Positions 24,481-34,248 are shown, numbered from the stretch's first letter. The stretch: DNA of 64,000 nt from Bacillota bacterium (GCA_029960955.1 JASBVS010000005.1:53200-117199), one strand, 5' to 3'. Made by a program: numbers and translations. Notes: generated by a model not told the origin, from the letters alone.

Positions 24481-25902
24481 GTGCGGCGGGCGGCGGGCGA
24501 GGCGATCGGGCGGCTGCCGGCGCTCTTCACCGGCTTCGCCCTGGCCCACTTCGGCCTGGGGGCGCTGCTGGGCGCCTGGATGGCGCTCCGCCCGGCCCTG
24601 ATCCCGCTGCTGCGGCCGCTGCACGAGGTGATCAACCCGTGGGGCTGGCTCACCTTCCTGATCTACGGGATCACCTACGCCATGCTCGCCCTGCTCCTCG
24701 GCCGGCAGCCGCCCTGGCCGTGGCTGGGGCGACTCCACCTGGCCGTGGCCGAGGCGGGCCTCTGGGCGCTGGTGGCGGCCGACGTGGGCTCCTCCCCCGT
24801 CCTGGTGGCGGCGGGGCTTGCGCTCCAGGCGGCGGGCCCGCTCCTCTTCCTCCTCAACCTGCTGGGCACGCTCCTCTTCGGCCCCCGGCTCGACCGGGAG
24901 GGGCTGGCCATGGCCGCCAGCCGGGAGCTGGAGCGGGAGGCGGAGCGCGAGGCGCAGGCGGCCGCGCGCGGCCGGCGGCGGCCGGCGCTGCGGCCCGCCC
25001 CCTGGATCCACCTCCTGGCCCGCTCGGAGGTGGCGCGGAGCACCGATCCGGTGGGGCGCCGCGGGACGGAGCTGGCCGTCCTGGCGCTCCTGGCGGCGGC
25101 TGCGCTGGAGGCCGGGCCGCTCCGCGGGACCACCGCGCTTCCGCTGCCCTACGTGGCCTCGCCGGCCGGCGCCCTTCTCCTCCGCTACGGCTGGATCGCC
25201 GGCACGCTCCTGGCCGTCCCGCTCCATCTCCTGCCGCGTTGGCTCGCCTACGGCGCCGTGCGACGGCGCGGCGGCGAGCTGGCGCAGCTTCTCTGGCTGC
25301 TCGGCCTGGCGGGCGCCGCGGCGGGCTTCGCCCGGGGCGCCTGGACGCTGGCGTCGGCGGCGAGCCGCCTGCTCGGCCTGGCCTTCCTCTACGCGGCCGC
25401 GCTCTACCTGGCGCCCGGCCGCCGCCTGCGGCGCCTCGGCCCGCCCCTGGCCTTCGCCTGGCGGGCGGGATGGTCCTTCGCGGCCCTCCTCGGCCTCGGC
25501 CTCCTCCTGGGGCTCGACCCGCTCTCGCCGCTGGCCACGCACCTGGCGCTCCTCGGCTGGGCGACGACCGTCGCCTACGGGGTCGGCTACGCCCTCTTCC
25601 CGCTCTTCCTCGACCGCCGGCCGCGAGCGGTGGGAATCTCGCTCCTGCAGCTGGGACTGGCGGTGGCGGGGGCGGCCTCCATGGCGGCCGGCTTCCTCGC
25701 GCTGGGGAGCGGGGGCGGACTGGGGCGGTTCCTGCCCGGCGAGGGGCTTCTGGGCGCGGGCGGGGCGATGGCGGCGACGGCCGCGCTGCTCTATGGCTTC
25801 CTCTGGCTCTTCGGCCGGGTGCGGGAGCGGGAGCCGTCCTTCCCCCCGGAGCCGGAGGAGCCGGGCGGCGCGGGCGCCTTCCCGGACGGGGCGGAGGAGT
25901 AG
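24481..25902 (+). CDS. Hypothetical polytopic membrane protein with two homologous halves
   Basis: At least 10 hydrophobic segments split by the charged linker RELEREAEREAQAAARGRRR. Repeated motif GW-x-T-x3-YG-[IV]-x-YA-[ML], preceded in each half by an upstream His at slightly different spacing. Confidence 0.6.
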   Translation: MRRAAGEAIGRLPALFTGFALAHFGLGALLGAWMALRPALIPLLRPLHEVINPWGWLTFLIYGITYAMLALLLGRQPPWPWLGRLHLAVAEAGLWALVAADVGSSPVLVAAGLALQAAGPLLFLLNLLGTLLFGPRLDREGLAMAASRELEREAEREAQAAARGRRRPALRPAPWIHLLARSEVARSTDPVGRRGTELAVLALLAAAALEAGPLRGTTALPLPYVASPAGALLLRYGWIAGTLLAVPLHLLPRWLAYGAVRRRGGELAQLLWLLGLAGAAAGFARGAWTLASAASRLLGLAFLYAAALYLAPGRRLRRLGPPLAFAWRAGWSFAALLGLGLLLGLDPLSPLATHLALLGWATTVAYGVGYALFPLFLDRRPRAVGISLLQLGLAVAGAASMAAGFLALGSGGGLGRFLPGEGLLGAGGAMAATAALLYGFLWLFGRVREREPSFPPEPEEPGGAGAFPDGAEE

Positions 25903-26044
25903 CCGGGCCGCCGCCCCGGGCGCTCGCGGCGGGGGAAAGCCGGGTCGTAGGATGGAAGTCGGCCCCACGGCGACGGGGGGAGGGCGTGCCCGCCTCGCCC
26001 CCGCCGGGTCATGGGCCGTGGCCACTTCGAGACGTGTCCCGGGG

Positions 26045-27880
26045 GTGAAAGGGTTGAGCGAGACGGCGACAGGAGCGGGCGACGCACAGGCGACGGTGCC
26101 CGAGCGGAGCGAGGTCGACCCGCGCTACCGCTGGCGTGTGGAGGATCTCTTCCCCGACGAGGAGGCCTGGGAGGAAGCCTTCCGCCGGGCGGAAGCGAGG
26201 CTTCCCGAGCTGGCGGGCCTGCGCGGGCGGGCGGGGCGGAGCGCGGCCGACCTGGCCGAGGTGCTTCGCCTGGCGGACGAGCTCTCGCTTGCGCTGGAGC
26301 GGCTGGTCACCTACGCCAACCTGCGGCTGGACGAGGACCAGCGCGACGCCCGCCACCAGGAGATGTTCGACCGCGCGCTGGCGCTGGCCCACCGCGCAGC
26401 GGAGGCGGGCGCCTTCGTCGATCCGGAGATCCTGGCCGTCGAGCCGGAGCGGCTGGAGAGCTGGCAGCGGGAGGAGCCTCGCCTGGAGCCCTACCGCCAG
26501 CGCCTGAGCGTGCTGGCGCGCCTGCGGCCCCACGTCCGCTCCGAGGAGACGGAGCAGCTCCTGGCGGCGGCGGGCGAGCTGGGCCAGGCGCCGGAGCGCA
26601 TCTTCCACGCCGTCCAGCACGCGGACATGCGCTTTCCCGTCATCCGCGACGAGCAGGGCCGGGAGGTCGAGCTGAGCCACGGGCGCTACGCCCGCTTCCT
26701 GGAGAGCCCCGACCGCGAGGTGCGGCGGCGCGCCTTCGCCGCCATGGGCGAGACGCTGGCCCGCCACCGCCACACGCTGGCCGCCTCGCTCCACGCCGAG
26801 GTGCGGAAGAACGTCTTCTTCGCCCGCGCCCGGCGCTACGGCTCGGCGCGCGAGGCGGCGCTGGCCCCGCACCAGATCCCGGTCGAGGTCTACGACAACC
26901 TGGTGCGGACGGTCCGGCGCCACCTCGACCTCCTCCACCGCTGGGTGGCGCTGCGCAAGCGCGCGCTGGGCCTGGACGAGATGCACCTCTACGACGCCTA
27001 CGTGCCCGTCGCCGCCCCGCCGTCGCCCATCCCCTACGAGGAAGCGATCCGTCTGGTCGAGGAGGGCCTCCGGCCGCTGGGCGAGCGCTACCTGCGCGAC
27101 CTCGACGCCGCCCTGCGCTCCGGCTGGGTGGACGTCTACGAGAACCGCGGCAAGTCGTCGGGCGCTTACACGGCGGCGGCCTACGGCACGCACCCGTACG
27201 TCCTGCTCAACTACCAGGCGGACCTGAACAGCGTCTTCACGCTGGCACACGAGATGGGCCACGCCATGCACAGCTTCTACTCCCACGCCCGCCAGCCGTA
27301 CCCCACGGCGCACTACGCCATCTTCGTCGCCGAGGTGGCCTCGACGCTGAACGAGTCGCTCCTCATCCAGGAGATGCTGGCGCGGACCGAGGACCGGCTC
27401 GAGCAGCGCCGCCTCCTCGACCACTACCTGCAGACCTTCCGCGGCACGCTCTTCCGCCAGACGCTCTTCGCCGAGTTCGAGCAGAGGATCCACGAGCTGG
27501 TCGAGGCCGGCGGCGCGCTCCAGGCCGACAACCTCTCGCAGCTCTACCGCGGGCTCAACCTCGAGTACTTCGGGCCGGAGATGGTCGTCGACCCCGAGAT
27601 CGACCTGGAGTGGGCGCGGATCCCGCACTTCTACATGAACTTCTACGTCTACCAGTACGCCACCGCCGTCTCGGCGGCGACGGCGCTGGCGCAGCGGATC
27701 CGCCAGGAAGGGGAGGCGGCGCGCGACCGCTACCTCGACTTCCTGGCCTCCGGCAGCTCGCGCGATCCGCTCGACCTCCTCGCGGCGGCGGGCGTCGACA
27801 TGCGCAGCCCCGGGCCGATCGAGGAGGCGCTCGCCTTCTTCGCCCGGCTGCTCGACCGCTTCGAGGCCACGGGGCTATGA
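26045..27880 (+). CDS. pepF: Oligoendopeptidase F (M3B)
   Basis: DPRYRWRVEDLFPDEEAWE..., HEMGHAMHS zinc motif, and FVAEVASTLNE. GTG at 26045; the start is moderately uncertain. Confidence 0.93.
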   Translation: MKGLSETATGAGDAQATVPERSEVDPRYRWRVEDLFPDEEAWEEAFRRAEARLPELAGLRGRAGRSAADLAEVLRLADELSLALERLVTYANLRLDEDQRDARHQEMFDRALALAHRAAEAGAFVDPEILAVEPERLESWQREEPRLEPYRQRLSVLARLRPHVRSEETEQLLAAAGELGQAPERIFHAVQHADMRFPVIRDEQGREVELSHGRYARFLESPDREVRRRAFAAMGETLARHRHTLAASLHAEVRKNVFFARARRYGSAREAALAPHQIPVEVYDNLVRTVRRHLDLLHRWVALRKRALGLDEMHLYDAYVPVAAPPSPIPYEEAIRLVEEGLRPLGERYLRDLDAALRSGWVDVYENRGKSSGAYTAAAYGTHPYVLLNYQADLNSVFTLAHEMGHAMHSFYSHARQPYPTAHYAIFVAEVASTLNESLLIQEMLARTEDRLEQRRLLDHYLQTFRGTLFRQTLFAEFEQRIHELVEAGGALQADNLSQLYRGLNLEYFGPEMVVDPEIDLEWARIPHFYMNFYVYQYATAVSAATALAQRIRQEGEAARDRYLDFLASGSSRDPLDLLAAAGVDMRSPGPIEEALAFFARLLDRFEATGL

Positions 27881-27923
27881 TGGCGAGGGACCGTCCCACG
27901 TACGGTAAGGGGGTAGGGTAGCT

Positions 27924-28262
27924 GTGCGGGTCGCGCTTCCTGTCGATGCCGATGGGCAGATCTTCCCCCACTTCGGGCGGGCGCCGCGCCTGGCGGTGGC
28001 CACGCTGGAGGAGGGGAAGGTCCGCGACTGGCAGGTCCTGGACGTGGACTGGGGGAGCTCCCACGACCTCGTACCCCGCGGCGAGCATCATCGCCGCGTC
28101 TTCCAGACGCTGCGGGAGCAGGGGGTGGATCTGGTCCTGGCCGGCGAGATGGGCGAGGGGATGGTCCGCTCGCTGAGCGGGGTGGGCGTGGAGGTGGTGC
28201 TCGGGGTCGCCGGCGACGCGCGCAGCGCGGCCGAGTCCTACGCGGCCGGCGCCGCCCGCTGA
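27924..28262 (+). CDS. NifB/NifX-family (dinitrogenase FeMo-cofactor-binding domain) small protein
   Basis: MRVALPVDADGQIFPHFGRAPRLAV...VFQTLREQGVDLVLAGEMGEGMV matches the Nitro_FeMo-Co domain pattern. Confidence 0.7.
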   Translation: MRVALPVDADGQIFPHFGRAPRLAVATLEEGKVRDWQVLDVDWGSSHDLVPRGEHHRRVFQTLREQGVDLVLAGEMGEGMVRSLSGVGVEVVLGVAGDARSAAESYAAGAAR

Positions 28263-28386
28263 GCGGCGGCGCGGGCGCGGAACGGAAGCGGGAGGCAGGC
28301 GGCGCCCCGCGCGGGGGCGCCTTCCTTGCCCCCGAAGGTGCCGGCGGCCGCCTCGTCTATACTCGGATCGGAAACGGGGTGGAGCC

Positions 28387-29373
28387 ATGGAGGTCGTCAA
28401 GATCGCGCCGCGCGGCTACTGTTACGGCGTGGCCGACGCGTTGACGCTGGCGCAGCGGGTGGCCGCCGACCCGAACGTCCCGCGCCCGATCCACATCCTC
28501 GGCATGATCGTGCACAACCGGCACGTGGTCGACTGGCTGCGCACCCTGGGCGTCGTCACGCTGGAAGGAAGCGACCGGCTCGAGCTCCTCGAGGGCATCG
28601 ACCGCGGCACCGTCATCTTCACCGCGCACGGCGTCTCCCCCGAGGTGAAGCGGCGCGCCCGCGAGAAGGGGCTGCACGTGGTCGACGCCACCTGCCCCGA
28701 CGTCACCCGGACGCACGAGGTGATCCGGCAGAAGGTGGCCGAGGGCTACGAGATCGTCTACATCGGCAAGAAGGGCCACCCGGAACCGGAGGGTGCCATG
28801 GGCGAGGGCCGGGGGCACGTCCACCTGGTCGAGGAGGCGGGGGACCTCGACCGGCTGGAGATCCCGCCCGGAACCGCCAAGGTGGCCGTCGTCACCCAGA
28901 CCACCCTGAGCCAGTGGGACACCGCCGACCTGATCGCGCTCGTCCTGCAGCGCTTCCCGCAGGCCGAGGTCTTCAACGAGATCTGCCTGGCCACCCAGCT
29001 CCGCCAGAGGGCGGCGGTGGAACAGGGGCGCCAGTGCGACCTGGTCATCGTGGTGGGCGACGAGCAGTCCAACAACTCCAACCGGCTGGTCGACGTCGTC
29101 CGGCGCATCGCGGGGCGGCCGGCCTACCGGATCGGCTACGTGGGCGAGATCGATCCCGCCTGGTTGCGCGGCGCCCGCCGCGTCGGCGTGACCGCCGGCT
29201 CCTCCACCCCGAGCCAGATCGTCAACGAGGTGATCGCCTTCCTGGAGCGCTTCGACCCCGACGATCCGGCCACCTGGGCGCGCCACAGCCGGCTGGAGGA
29301 AGGGCCGCTGGCCATCCTCCCCCCGGCGCGAAGGGGGGTCGCAGGCCTTCCGGGCGAGTCCGAGCCGGCATAG
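28387..29373 (+). CDS. ispH: 4-hydroxy-3-methylbut-2-enyl diphosphate reductase
   Basis: PRGYCYGV, HNRHVV, TAHGVSPEV, ATCPDVTRTH, and NEICLATQ..SNNSNRL. The three cluster cysteines are in context. Confidence 0.96.
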   Translation: MEVVKIAPRGYCYGVADALTLAQRVAADPNVPRPIHILGMIVHNRHVVDWLRTLGVVTLEGSDRLELLEGIDRGTVIFTAHGVSPEVKRRAREKGLHVVDATCPDVTRTHEVIRQKVAEGYEIVYIGKKGHPEPEGAMGEGRGHVHLVEEAGDLDRLEIPPGTAKVAVVTQTTLSQWDTADLIALVLQRFPQAEVFNEICLATQLRQRAAVEQGRQCDLVIVVGDEQSNNSNRLVDVVRRIAGRPAYRIGYVGEIDPAWLRGARRVGVTAGSSTPSQIVNEVIAFLERFDPDDPATWARHSRLEEGPLAILPPARRGVAGLPGESEPA

Positions 29374-29411
29374 GAGAGCGGGGCCGGACGGAGAATGAAG
29401 GCCGCTGAGGA

Positions 29412-30074
29412 GTGATGCCCTTGTTCGTCCGCAACTTCTGGCGGACGGACATCCTTTCCGTCCGGCCCGAGACGACGGCGGACGAGGCGCTGGTCGTCTT
29501 GCAGGACACGGGCGTGACGTCGCTGCCGGTGACGCGCCGCAAGGAGCTGGTGGGCGTGATCACCGCCCGCGCCGTCTACGACTGGGCGCTGGCGGGCCGC
29601 TTCCCGCCCGCCACGGTGGCCGACCTGATGGACGCGCCCCCCGAGCCGGTCCGGCCCGACGACGTCATCGAGGAGGTGGCGGTCCGCATGCTGGGCGAGC
29701 CGCTCAACTTCCTGCCGGTGGTCGACGAGGCCGGCGAGCTGATCGCCATCGTCACCCGGGACGCCCTGATCGCCGAATTCGCCCGGCTCTTCGGCGCCGG
29801 CGAGGAGAACGCCCGCTTCACCCTGGCGGCGGTGGAGCGGCCGGGCCAGCTGGAGCGGATCGCCCGCATCGTGGGCGAGCACGGCGGCAACATCACCCAT
29901 GTCGTCACCCACCGCGCGGAGAGCGCCGGCGCCTACCTGATCATGCTCCGGATCGACGTCGAGAGCCCCGGCTCGCTGGCCAAGGCCTTCGCCGAGGCCG
30001 GCTTCGGCGTCGTCGACGTCTTCAACTTCCGCAACGGCCGCCGCATCGGCCTCACCCAGTCACCCCAGGAGTGA
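29412..30074 (+). CDS. CBS-pair plus ACT domain protein (AcuB-like)
   Basis: Two CBS repeats (..LSVRPETTADEALVVLQDTGVTSLPV.., ..VRPDDVIEEVAVRMLGEPLNFLPVVDE..), then the ACT-like FTLAAVERPGQLERIARIVGEHGGNITHV. Confidence 0.8.
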   Translation: MMPLFVRNFWRTDILSVRPETTADEALVVLQDTGVTSLPVTRRKELVGVITARAVYDWALAGRFPPATVADLMDAPPEPVRPDDVIEEVAVRMLGEPLNFLPVVDEAGELIAIVTRDALIAEFARLFGAGEENARFTLAAVERPGQLERIARIVGEHGGNITHVVTHRAESAGAYLIMLRIDVESPGSLAKAFAEAGFGVVDVFNFRNGRRIGLTQSPQE

Positions 30075-30139
30075 AGGGATCGCCCGGAGACGGGGCTCCG
30101 GGCGATCCGGCGGGCAGCCTCCGCGAGCCGGGCGGAAGC

Positions 30140-32212
30140 TCAGGCGCCTGCGGGGCGGAGGTACTGCTCGAACCAGCCGACGATCCGCTCCAGGCGGTCG
30201 AGCCGGTGCCAGGGCTGCCCGGAGCGCGAGAGCTCGTGGCTCTCCTCCGGATAGCGGACGAAGAGGACGGTCCGTCCCAGCTTCTTCAGCGCCGCGTAGA
30301 GCTGCTCGGCCTGCTCGACGGGGCAGCGCCAGTCGTTCTCCGAGTGGAGGATGAGGAGCGGCGTGCGGATCCGCTCCACGTAGGTGAGCGGCGACATGCG
30401 CCGGTACGGCTCCGGGTCCCGCCAGGGGAGCGCCCCTCCGAACATCTCGTCGTCCAGGAAGCCGTAGTCGCCCGTGCCGAAGTCGCTCTCCCAGTTGACG
30501 ACGCTGCGCATGGTGACGGCGGCGCGGAAGCGGTCGGTGTGGCCCACCGCCCAGTTGGTCATGAAGCCGCCGTAGCTTCCTCCGGCGATCCCCACACGCG
30601 CCGGGTCGAGGCCGCCGCGGGCGAGGCCCGCGTCGAGGAGCGCCATCACGTCCTCGAAGTCGTCCGTCCCCCAGCGGCCGTGGATCGCGTTGCGGAAGGC
30701 CTCGCCGTAGCCCTCGGAGCCGCGCGGGTTGGACCAGAGGACGGCGAAGCCGTGCGCCCGCAGGAGCTGGAACTCGAAGAAGAAGGCGCCCGTGTACATC
30801 ATGGCCGGCCCGCCGTGCACCTCCAGCACCGCCGGCGCCGGCGCCTCCGCCTGCGGGCCGTTGCCGGCCGGCCGGAGGAGCCAGCCGTCGATCTCGGGAC
30901 TCCCGGGCCGCGCGCGGAAGGTGAAGCGCTCGGGAACCCCCAGGTCGATCCCGTCCAGGAGCTCCCCGTTGATCCGCGTCAGCCGCTCCAGCCCGGGCTC
31001 GCCCGGCCGGCCGCGCCAGAGGTCGCAGGGTGCCAGCGCCTCCGTCCCCAGCGCCACGAAGAAGGAGCGGTCGCGCGGCCAGGCGACGGCCAAGAGGCTT
31101 GGCTCCTCCTCCGAGAGGACCTCGACGCCCCCGCTCGTCACGTCGACGGCCACGAGCCGGGTCGCCCCCCGGTCGGAGGCGAGCGCGTAGAGGCGGCTGC
31201 CGTCGGCCGACCAGGCCGGCCGCCCGCCGCCGTCGTGGCCGCGCGTGTCGCCCAGCGAGGCGTCGACCAGCGAGCGGTCGTAGCCGCCGCTCAGCACCCG
31301 CGCGGGAGCGGCGCCGGCGACCTCCGCCAGCCAGGCTTCCTCGTTGCCCCAGGAGCCGTCGGGATGCTTGCGCGCGAAGAGGTATGCGATCCGGTCGCCG
31401 TCCGGCGACCAGGCCGGCGCCCGCGCGGCGCCCACGCCCGCGGTCAGGCGGCGCGGCTCGCCGCCCTCCGACGGCACCACGTAGAGGTCGCTCAGGTCGG
31501 GGTGGGCCTCGTCGCGCCGGGAGACGTAGGCTACCAGGCGGCCGTCCGGCGAGGGTTCCGCCTCCTCGTCGTCGTACTCGCCCGGACCGGTCAGCCGCCG
31601 GAGCCGCCCGGGGCCGGCCGGCTCGCCGTCCGCGGGCAGCCGCGCCAGGTCGAGCAGGAAGAGGTGCGAGCGCTCCTTGTAGACGTAGCCCACCGTGTCG
31701 ACGCGGTAGAAGATCCGGTCGATGACGCGGACGTCGCGGGTGTAGCGCCTCCTCTGGGCGGCGGGGTCGTCCGGGGCCGGCCCCTCTTCCTTCGGCTCGG
31801 GCGGCTCGGGACCGTCGCGCCCCTCGCGGACGGTGAGGAGCAGCCGCCCTTCGTCCAGCCAGGCGAAGGCGGCGATCCCCTTCACCTGCGTCAGCTGCCG
31901 CGCCTCCCCCCCGTCGGCCGGCATCACCCAGACCTGGTCCGAACCGGAGCGGTCGGAGAGGAAGGCCACCTGCCGTCCCCCGGGCGAGAAGCGCGGATGG
32001 CGGTCCGAGTGCCCCTCGGGCGGGTTGCTCCAGGGAAGCGGGGCGCCGCCCCGCCGGGGATCGAGGGCGACCAGGCGGGAGCGGTACCCGTTCGCCTTGG
32101 GATCGACGGTCGTCTCGACGCAGAGGAGCCGCGAGCCGTCCGGCGACAGCTCCGGCTCCCCCAGGAAGCGGAGCCGGAAGAGGTCCTCCGCCTCCAGAGC
32201 ACGCGGAGTCAT
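30140..32212 (-). CDS. S9-family serine peptidase (prolyl oligopeptidase/acylaminoacyl-peptidase type)
   Basis: N-terminal beta-propeller repeats (SPDG..) and a C-terminal hydrolase domain with GGSYGGFM nucleophile elbow and ...HSENDWRCP...ESHEL. Confidence 0.92.
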   Translation of the reverse strand: MTPRALEAEDLFRLRFLGEPELSPDGSRLLCVETTVDPKANGYRSRLVALDPRRGGAPLPWSNPPEGHSDRHPRFSPGGRQVAFLSDRSGSDQVWVMPADGGEARQLTQVKGIAAFAWLDEGRLLLTVREGRDGPEPPEPKEEGPAPDDPAAQRRRYTRDVRVIDRIFYRVDTVGYVYKERSHLFLLDLARLPADGEPAGPGRLRRLTGPGEYDDEEAEPSPDGRLVAYVSRRDEAHPDLSDLYVVPSEGGEPRRLTAGVGAARAPAWSPDGDRIAYLFARKHPDGSWGNEEAWLAEVAGAAPARVLSGGYDRSLVDASLGDTRGHDGGGRPAWSADGSRLYALASDRGATRLVAVDVTSGGVEVLSEEEPSLLAVAWPRDRSFFVALGTEALAPCDLWRGRPGEPGLERLTRINGELLDGIDLGVPERFTFRARPGSPEIDGWLLRPAGNGPQAEAPAPAVLEVHGGPAMMYTGAFFFEFQLLRAHGFAVLWSNPRGSEGYGEAFRNAIHGRWGTDDFEDVMALLDAGLARGGLDPARVGIAGGSYGGFMTNWAVGHTDRFRAAVTMRSVVNWESDFGTGDYGFLDDEMFGGALPWRDPEPYRRMSPLTYVERIRTPLLILHSENDWRCPVEQAEQLYAALKKLGRTVLFVRYPEESHELSRSGQPWHRLDRLERIVGWFEQYLRPAGA

Positions 32213-32216
32213 CGCT

Positions 32217-33170
32217 TCACCCCTTTCCCCCGGAGCCTACCATGCCGTCGCCGGCTGCGCCCCCGCCGCGCGCCGCCTCCATCTGCAGGAGACCCAGCAG
32301 GGCGGCCAGCACCGCCGGGGGCCGGATCACCTCCATGCAGACCTTCCACGGGCACTCCCAGTCGAAGGGCTGCTGCATGCAGTTGAGCCCGCAGGCGCCC
32401 TGGACGGGTACGGCGTTCGGGTAGGGGGGCGCCCAGAGCCAGGCCTGGGCGGGGCCGAAGAGGACGACCGTCGGTCGCCCCTGCAGCGCGGCCAGGTGGG
32501 CGAGGCCGTTGTCGACGGCGACCACCGCCCGGGCGGCGGCGAGGAGGTCGAGGGTGGCCAGGATGCCGGCCTTCCCGAGGTGCGGCAGGCCCTCCCGCGC
32601 CAGCTCCGCCACCTGGTGGGAGTAGGCCTCCTCGGCGCGGCCGACCACGGCGACGCGCCAGCCGCGACGCTGCAGCCCCGCCGCCAGCTGGCGCCAGCGC
32701 TCGGTCGGCCAGAGCTTGTTCAGCCGCCGCCCGCCGGGGGCGAGGAGGACGAGGCGCTCCAGGTCGTCCGGCGCGAGGCCGGCCGTCTCGAGCTCGGCCG
32801 CATCGGGCGGGCGGACGGCCAGCTGCGGCCGCTCCGCCGCCGGCGGGAAGCCGAAGATCCGCTCCAGGACGTCGGTCATGTGGACGGGGCCGAAGGCGCG
32901 GGTGAACGCCTCCGAGCCCCACCACCAGTCGCGCTGCAAGGGGTGCTCCACCAGGTCGTAGAAGCGGGTGGCGGGCGATCCTTCCTCCCGCCGCCGCGCC
33001 TCGAGGAAGCTCTCCACGCCGGCCGTGCGCGCCACCCAGGGCGCCCGGCCGAGGAGCTCGGCCTGGCCGGGCGAGGGGCAGGCGACCACCAGCTCCCCCT
33101 CCTCGCCCAGCCTCTTCAGGAAGGGCAGGGTGAGCGCCAGGTCCCCGATCCCGGGACCGTAGAGCCGCAC
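32217..33170 (-). CDS. Glycosyltransferase family 9 (heptosyltransferase-like)
   Basis: GIGDLALTLPFLKRL..., APGGRRLNKLWPTERWRQLAAGLQRRGWRVAVVG, and VVAVDNGLAHLAAL. It ends 4 nt before the S9 peptidase start. Confidence 0.8.
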   Translation of the reverse strand: MRLYGPGIGDLALTLPFLKRLGEEGELVVACPSPGQAELLGRAPWVARTAGVESFLEARRREEGSPATRFYDLVEHPLQRDWWWGSEAFTRAFGPVHMTDVLERIFGFPPAAERPQLAVRPPDAAELETAGLAPDDLERLVLLAPGGRRLNKLWPTERWRQLAAGLQRRGWRVAVVGRAEEAYSHQVAELAREGLPHLGKAGILATLDLLAAARAVVAVDNGLAHLAALQGRPTVVLFGPAQAWLWAPPYPNAVPVQGACGLNCMQQPFDWECPWKVCMEVIRPPAVLAALLGLLQMEAARGGGAAGDGMVGSGGKG

Positions 33171-33240
33171 CCAGCTCCTTCCTGCACCGCCTGGACCCGT
33201 ATCTCTCCCCTCCCGCTGCCGCCGCCCTGCGCGGGCCCCG

Positions 33241-33813
33241 TCAGCCGCGCGAGGCGGGCGCGCTCTGGGCGCCGGCCAGGCGGCGCGCCGCGCGCGCGAC
33301 CGCGTAGAGGAAGGCCACCACCACCGTGTTGGCCAGCGCGGTCGGCAGGACGACCGTCAGCATCAGGGTGCGGAAGGTCGCCGCCGGCAGCGCCCCCATG
33401 AGGATGGCCATCCTCAGGAAGACCGTCCCGCTGACCAGCGTACCGACGATCGCCACCAGGATCGAGAGCAGGTTGGGCTGGAGCCGCGCCAGAAGCCGGA
33501 TGAGGCCGATCATGAGGAGCGTGGTGACGGTCTTGTCCACCAGGTTGGGGATCTGCCCGCCGGGCAGGCTGGTGGTCAGCGCCGTGATCACGCCCGCCGC
33601 CAGCCCCGCCGCCACGTCCAGGGTCACGTTCCGGAAGAGGAGGAGGACGACGAAGAGCATGGCCAGCACCAGGTCCGGCTTGACGCCGGCGTAGACGGGC
33701 GGCATCACCGCGTTCAGCACGTAGCCGATGGCGAGGAGCAGGCCGGCGGCCGCCAGGTCGGCGACGCGCAGCGGCTCTCCGCGCCCTCTCTCGGTCGCCA
33801 TCGCGTTCTGCAT
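33241..33813 (-). CDS. trpP: Tryptophan transporter TrpP (YhaG) family
   Basis: GVKPDLVLAMLF..., ITALTTSLPGGQIPNLVDK, and LVSGTVFL match the TrpP family core as I recall it from Bacillus YhaG. ATG at 33813 with GGGAGG upstream. Preceded by a Trp T-box. Confidence 0.85.
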   Translation of the reverse strand: MQNAMATERGRGEPLRVADLAAAGLLLAIGYVLNAVMPPVYAGVKPDLVLAMLFVVLLLFRNVTLDVAAGLAAGVITALTTSLPGGQIPNLVDKTVTTLLMIGLIRLLARLQPNLLSILVAIVGTLVSGTVFLRMAILMGALPAATFRTLMLTVVLPTALANTVVVAFLYAVARAARRLAGAQSAPASRG

Positions 33814-33916
33814 CTGCCTGACCTCCCTCGGGGCCGGACCCCGCCGGCGCCCCTTTCGACCGCCACGCCGCCGCGGAGCGAGGCCGGACGCGCAAGACGT
33901 CTCCGGTGGCCCGGGT

Positions 33917-34242
33917 ATAAAAAAAGCCCGTCCCGTGCGGGACGGAGCTCTCCGTGGTGCCACCCTGCTTCGCCGCCGGAGGCGGCGCGCTCGGCGGCGA
34001 TCCTCCTGCCGCGCGGCCCGGACGGGTCCGGGCGTCGCGGTGGTCGGGACCGCCTGCCCCCTTATCGGCGGGGTCCCCGCCCGGCCTCGACGCCCGCTTC
34101 GCGCGGTCGGCTCGGCCGGGAGGCTCGCGGGTCCATTCGCCGGTTCCTCCGCGCCGGTTTCCAGCCAGCCCGGCTCTCTGGGGCGGAGGGCGTTCCGGGT
34201 ACTCTTCCCGTTCATCGCCCGCTCTGCGACGGTGCGGTTGTT
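33917..34242 (-). promoter_or_regulatory. T-box riboswitch leader, tryptophan-specific (UGG specifier), with intrinsic terminator
   Basis: The minus strand reads: GA/K-turn GCGAUGA, AGUA, AGAGAG, distal GCUGGAAACCGG, specifier loop GAA-UGG-A (UGG = 34133-34135), T-box AGCAGGGUGGCACCACGG (33952-33969), then hairpin CCGUCCCG..CGGGACGG plus U7 (33919-33949). Confidence 0.85.
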
Positions 34243-34248
34243 GTCCCC

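Noticed and set aside
33814-34215. N-terminal extension of the trpP ORF (longest ORF 33241..34215, starting MNGKSTRNALRP...).
   Set aside because: The extension is Arg/Pro-rich. It coincides exactly with the T-box leader, including its terminator and U-tract. ATG 33813 has a GGGAGG RBS and yields a protein of the length expected for TrpP.
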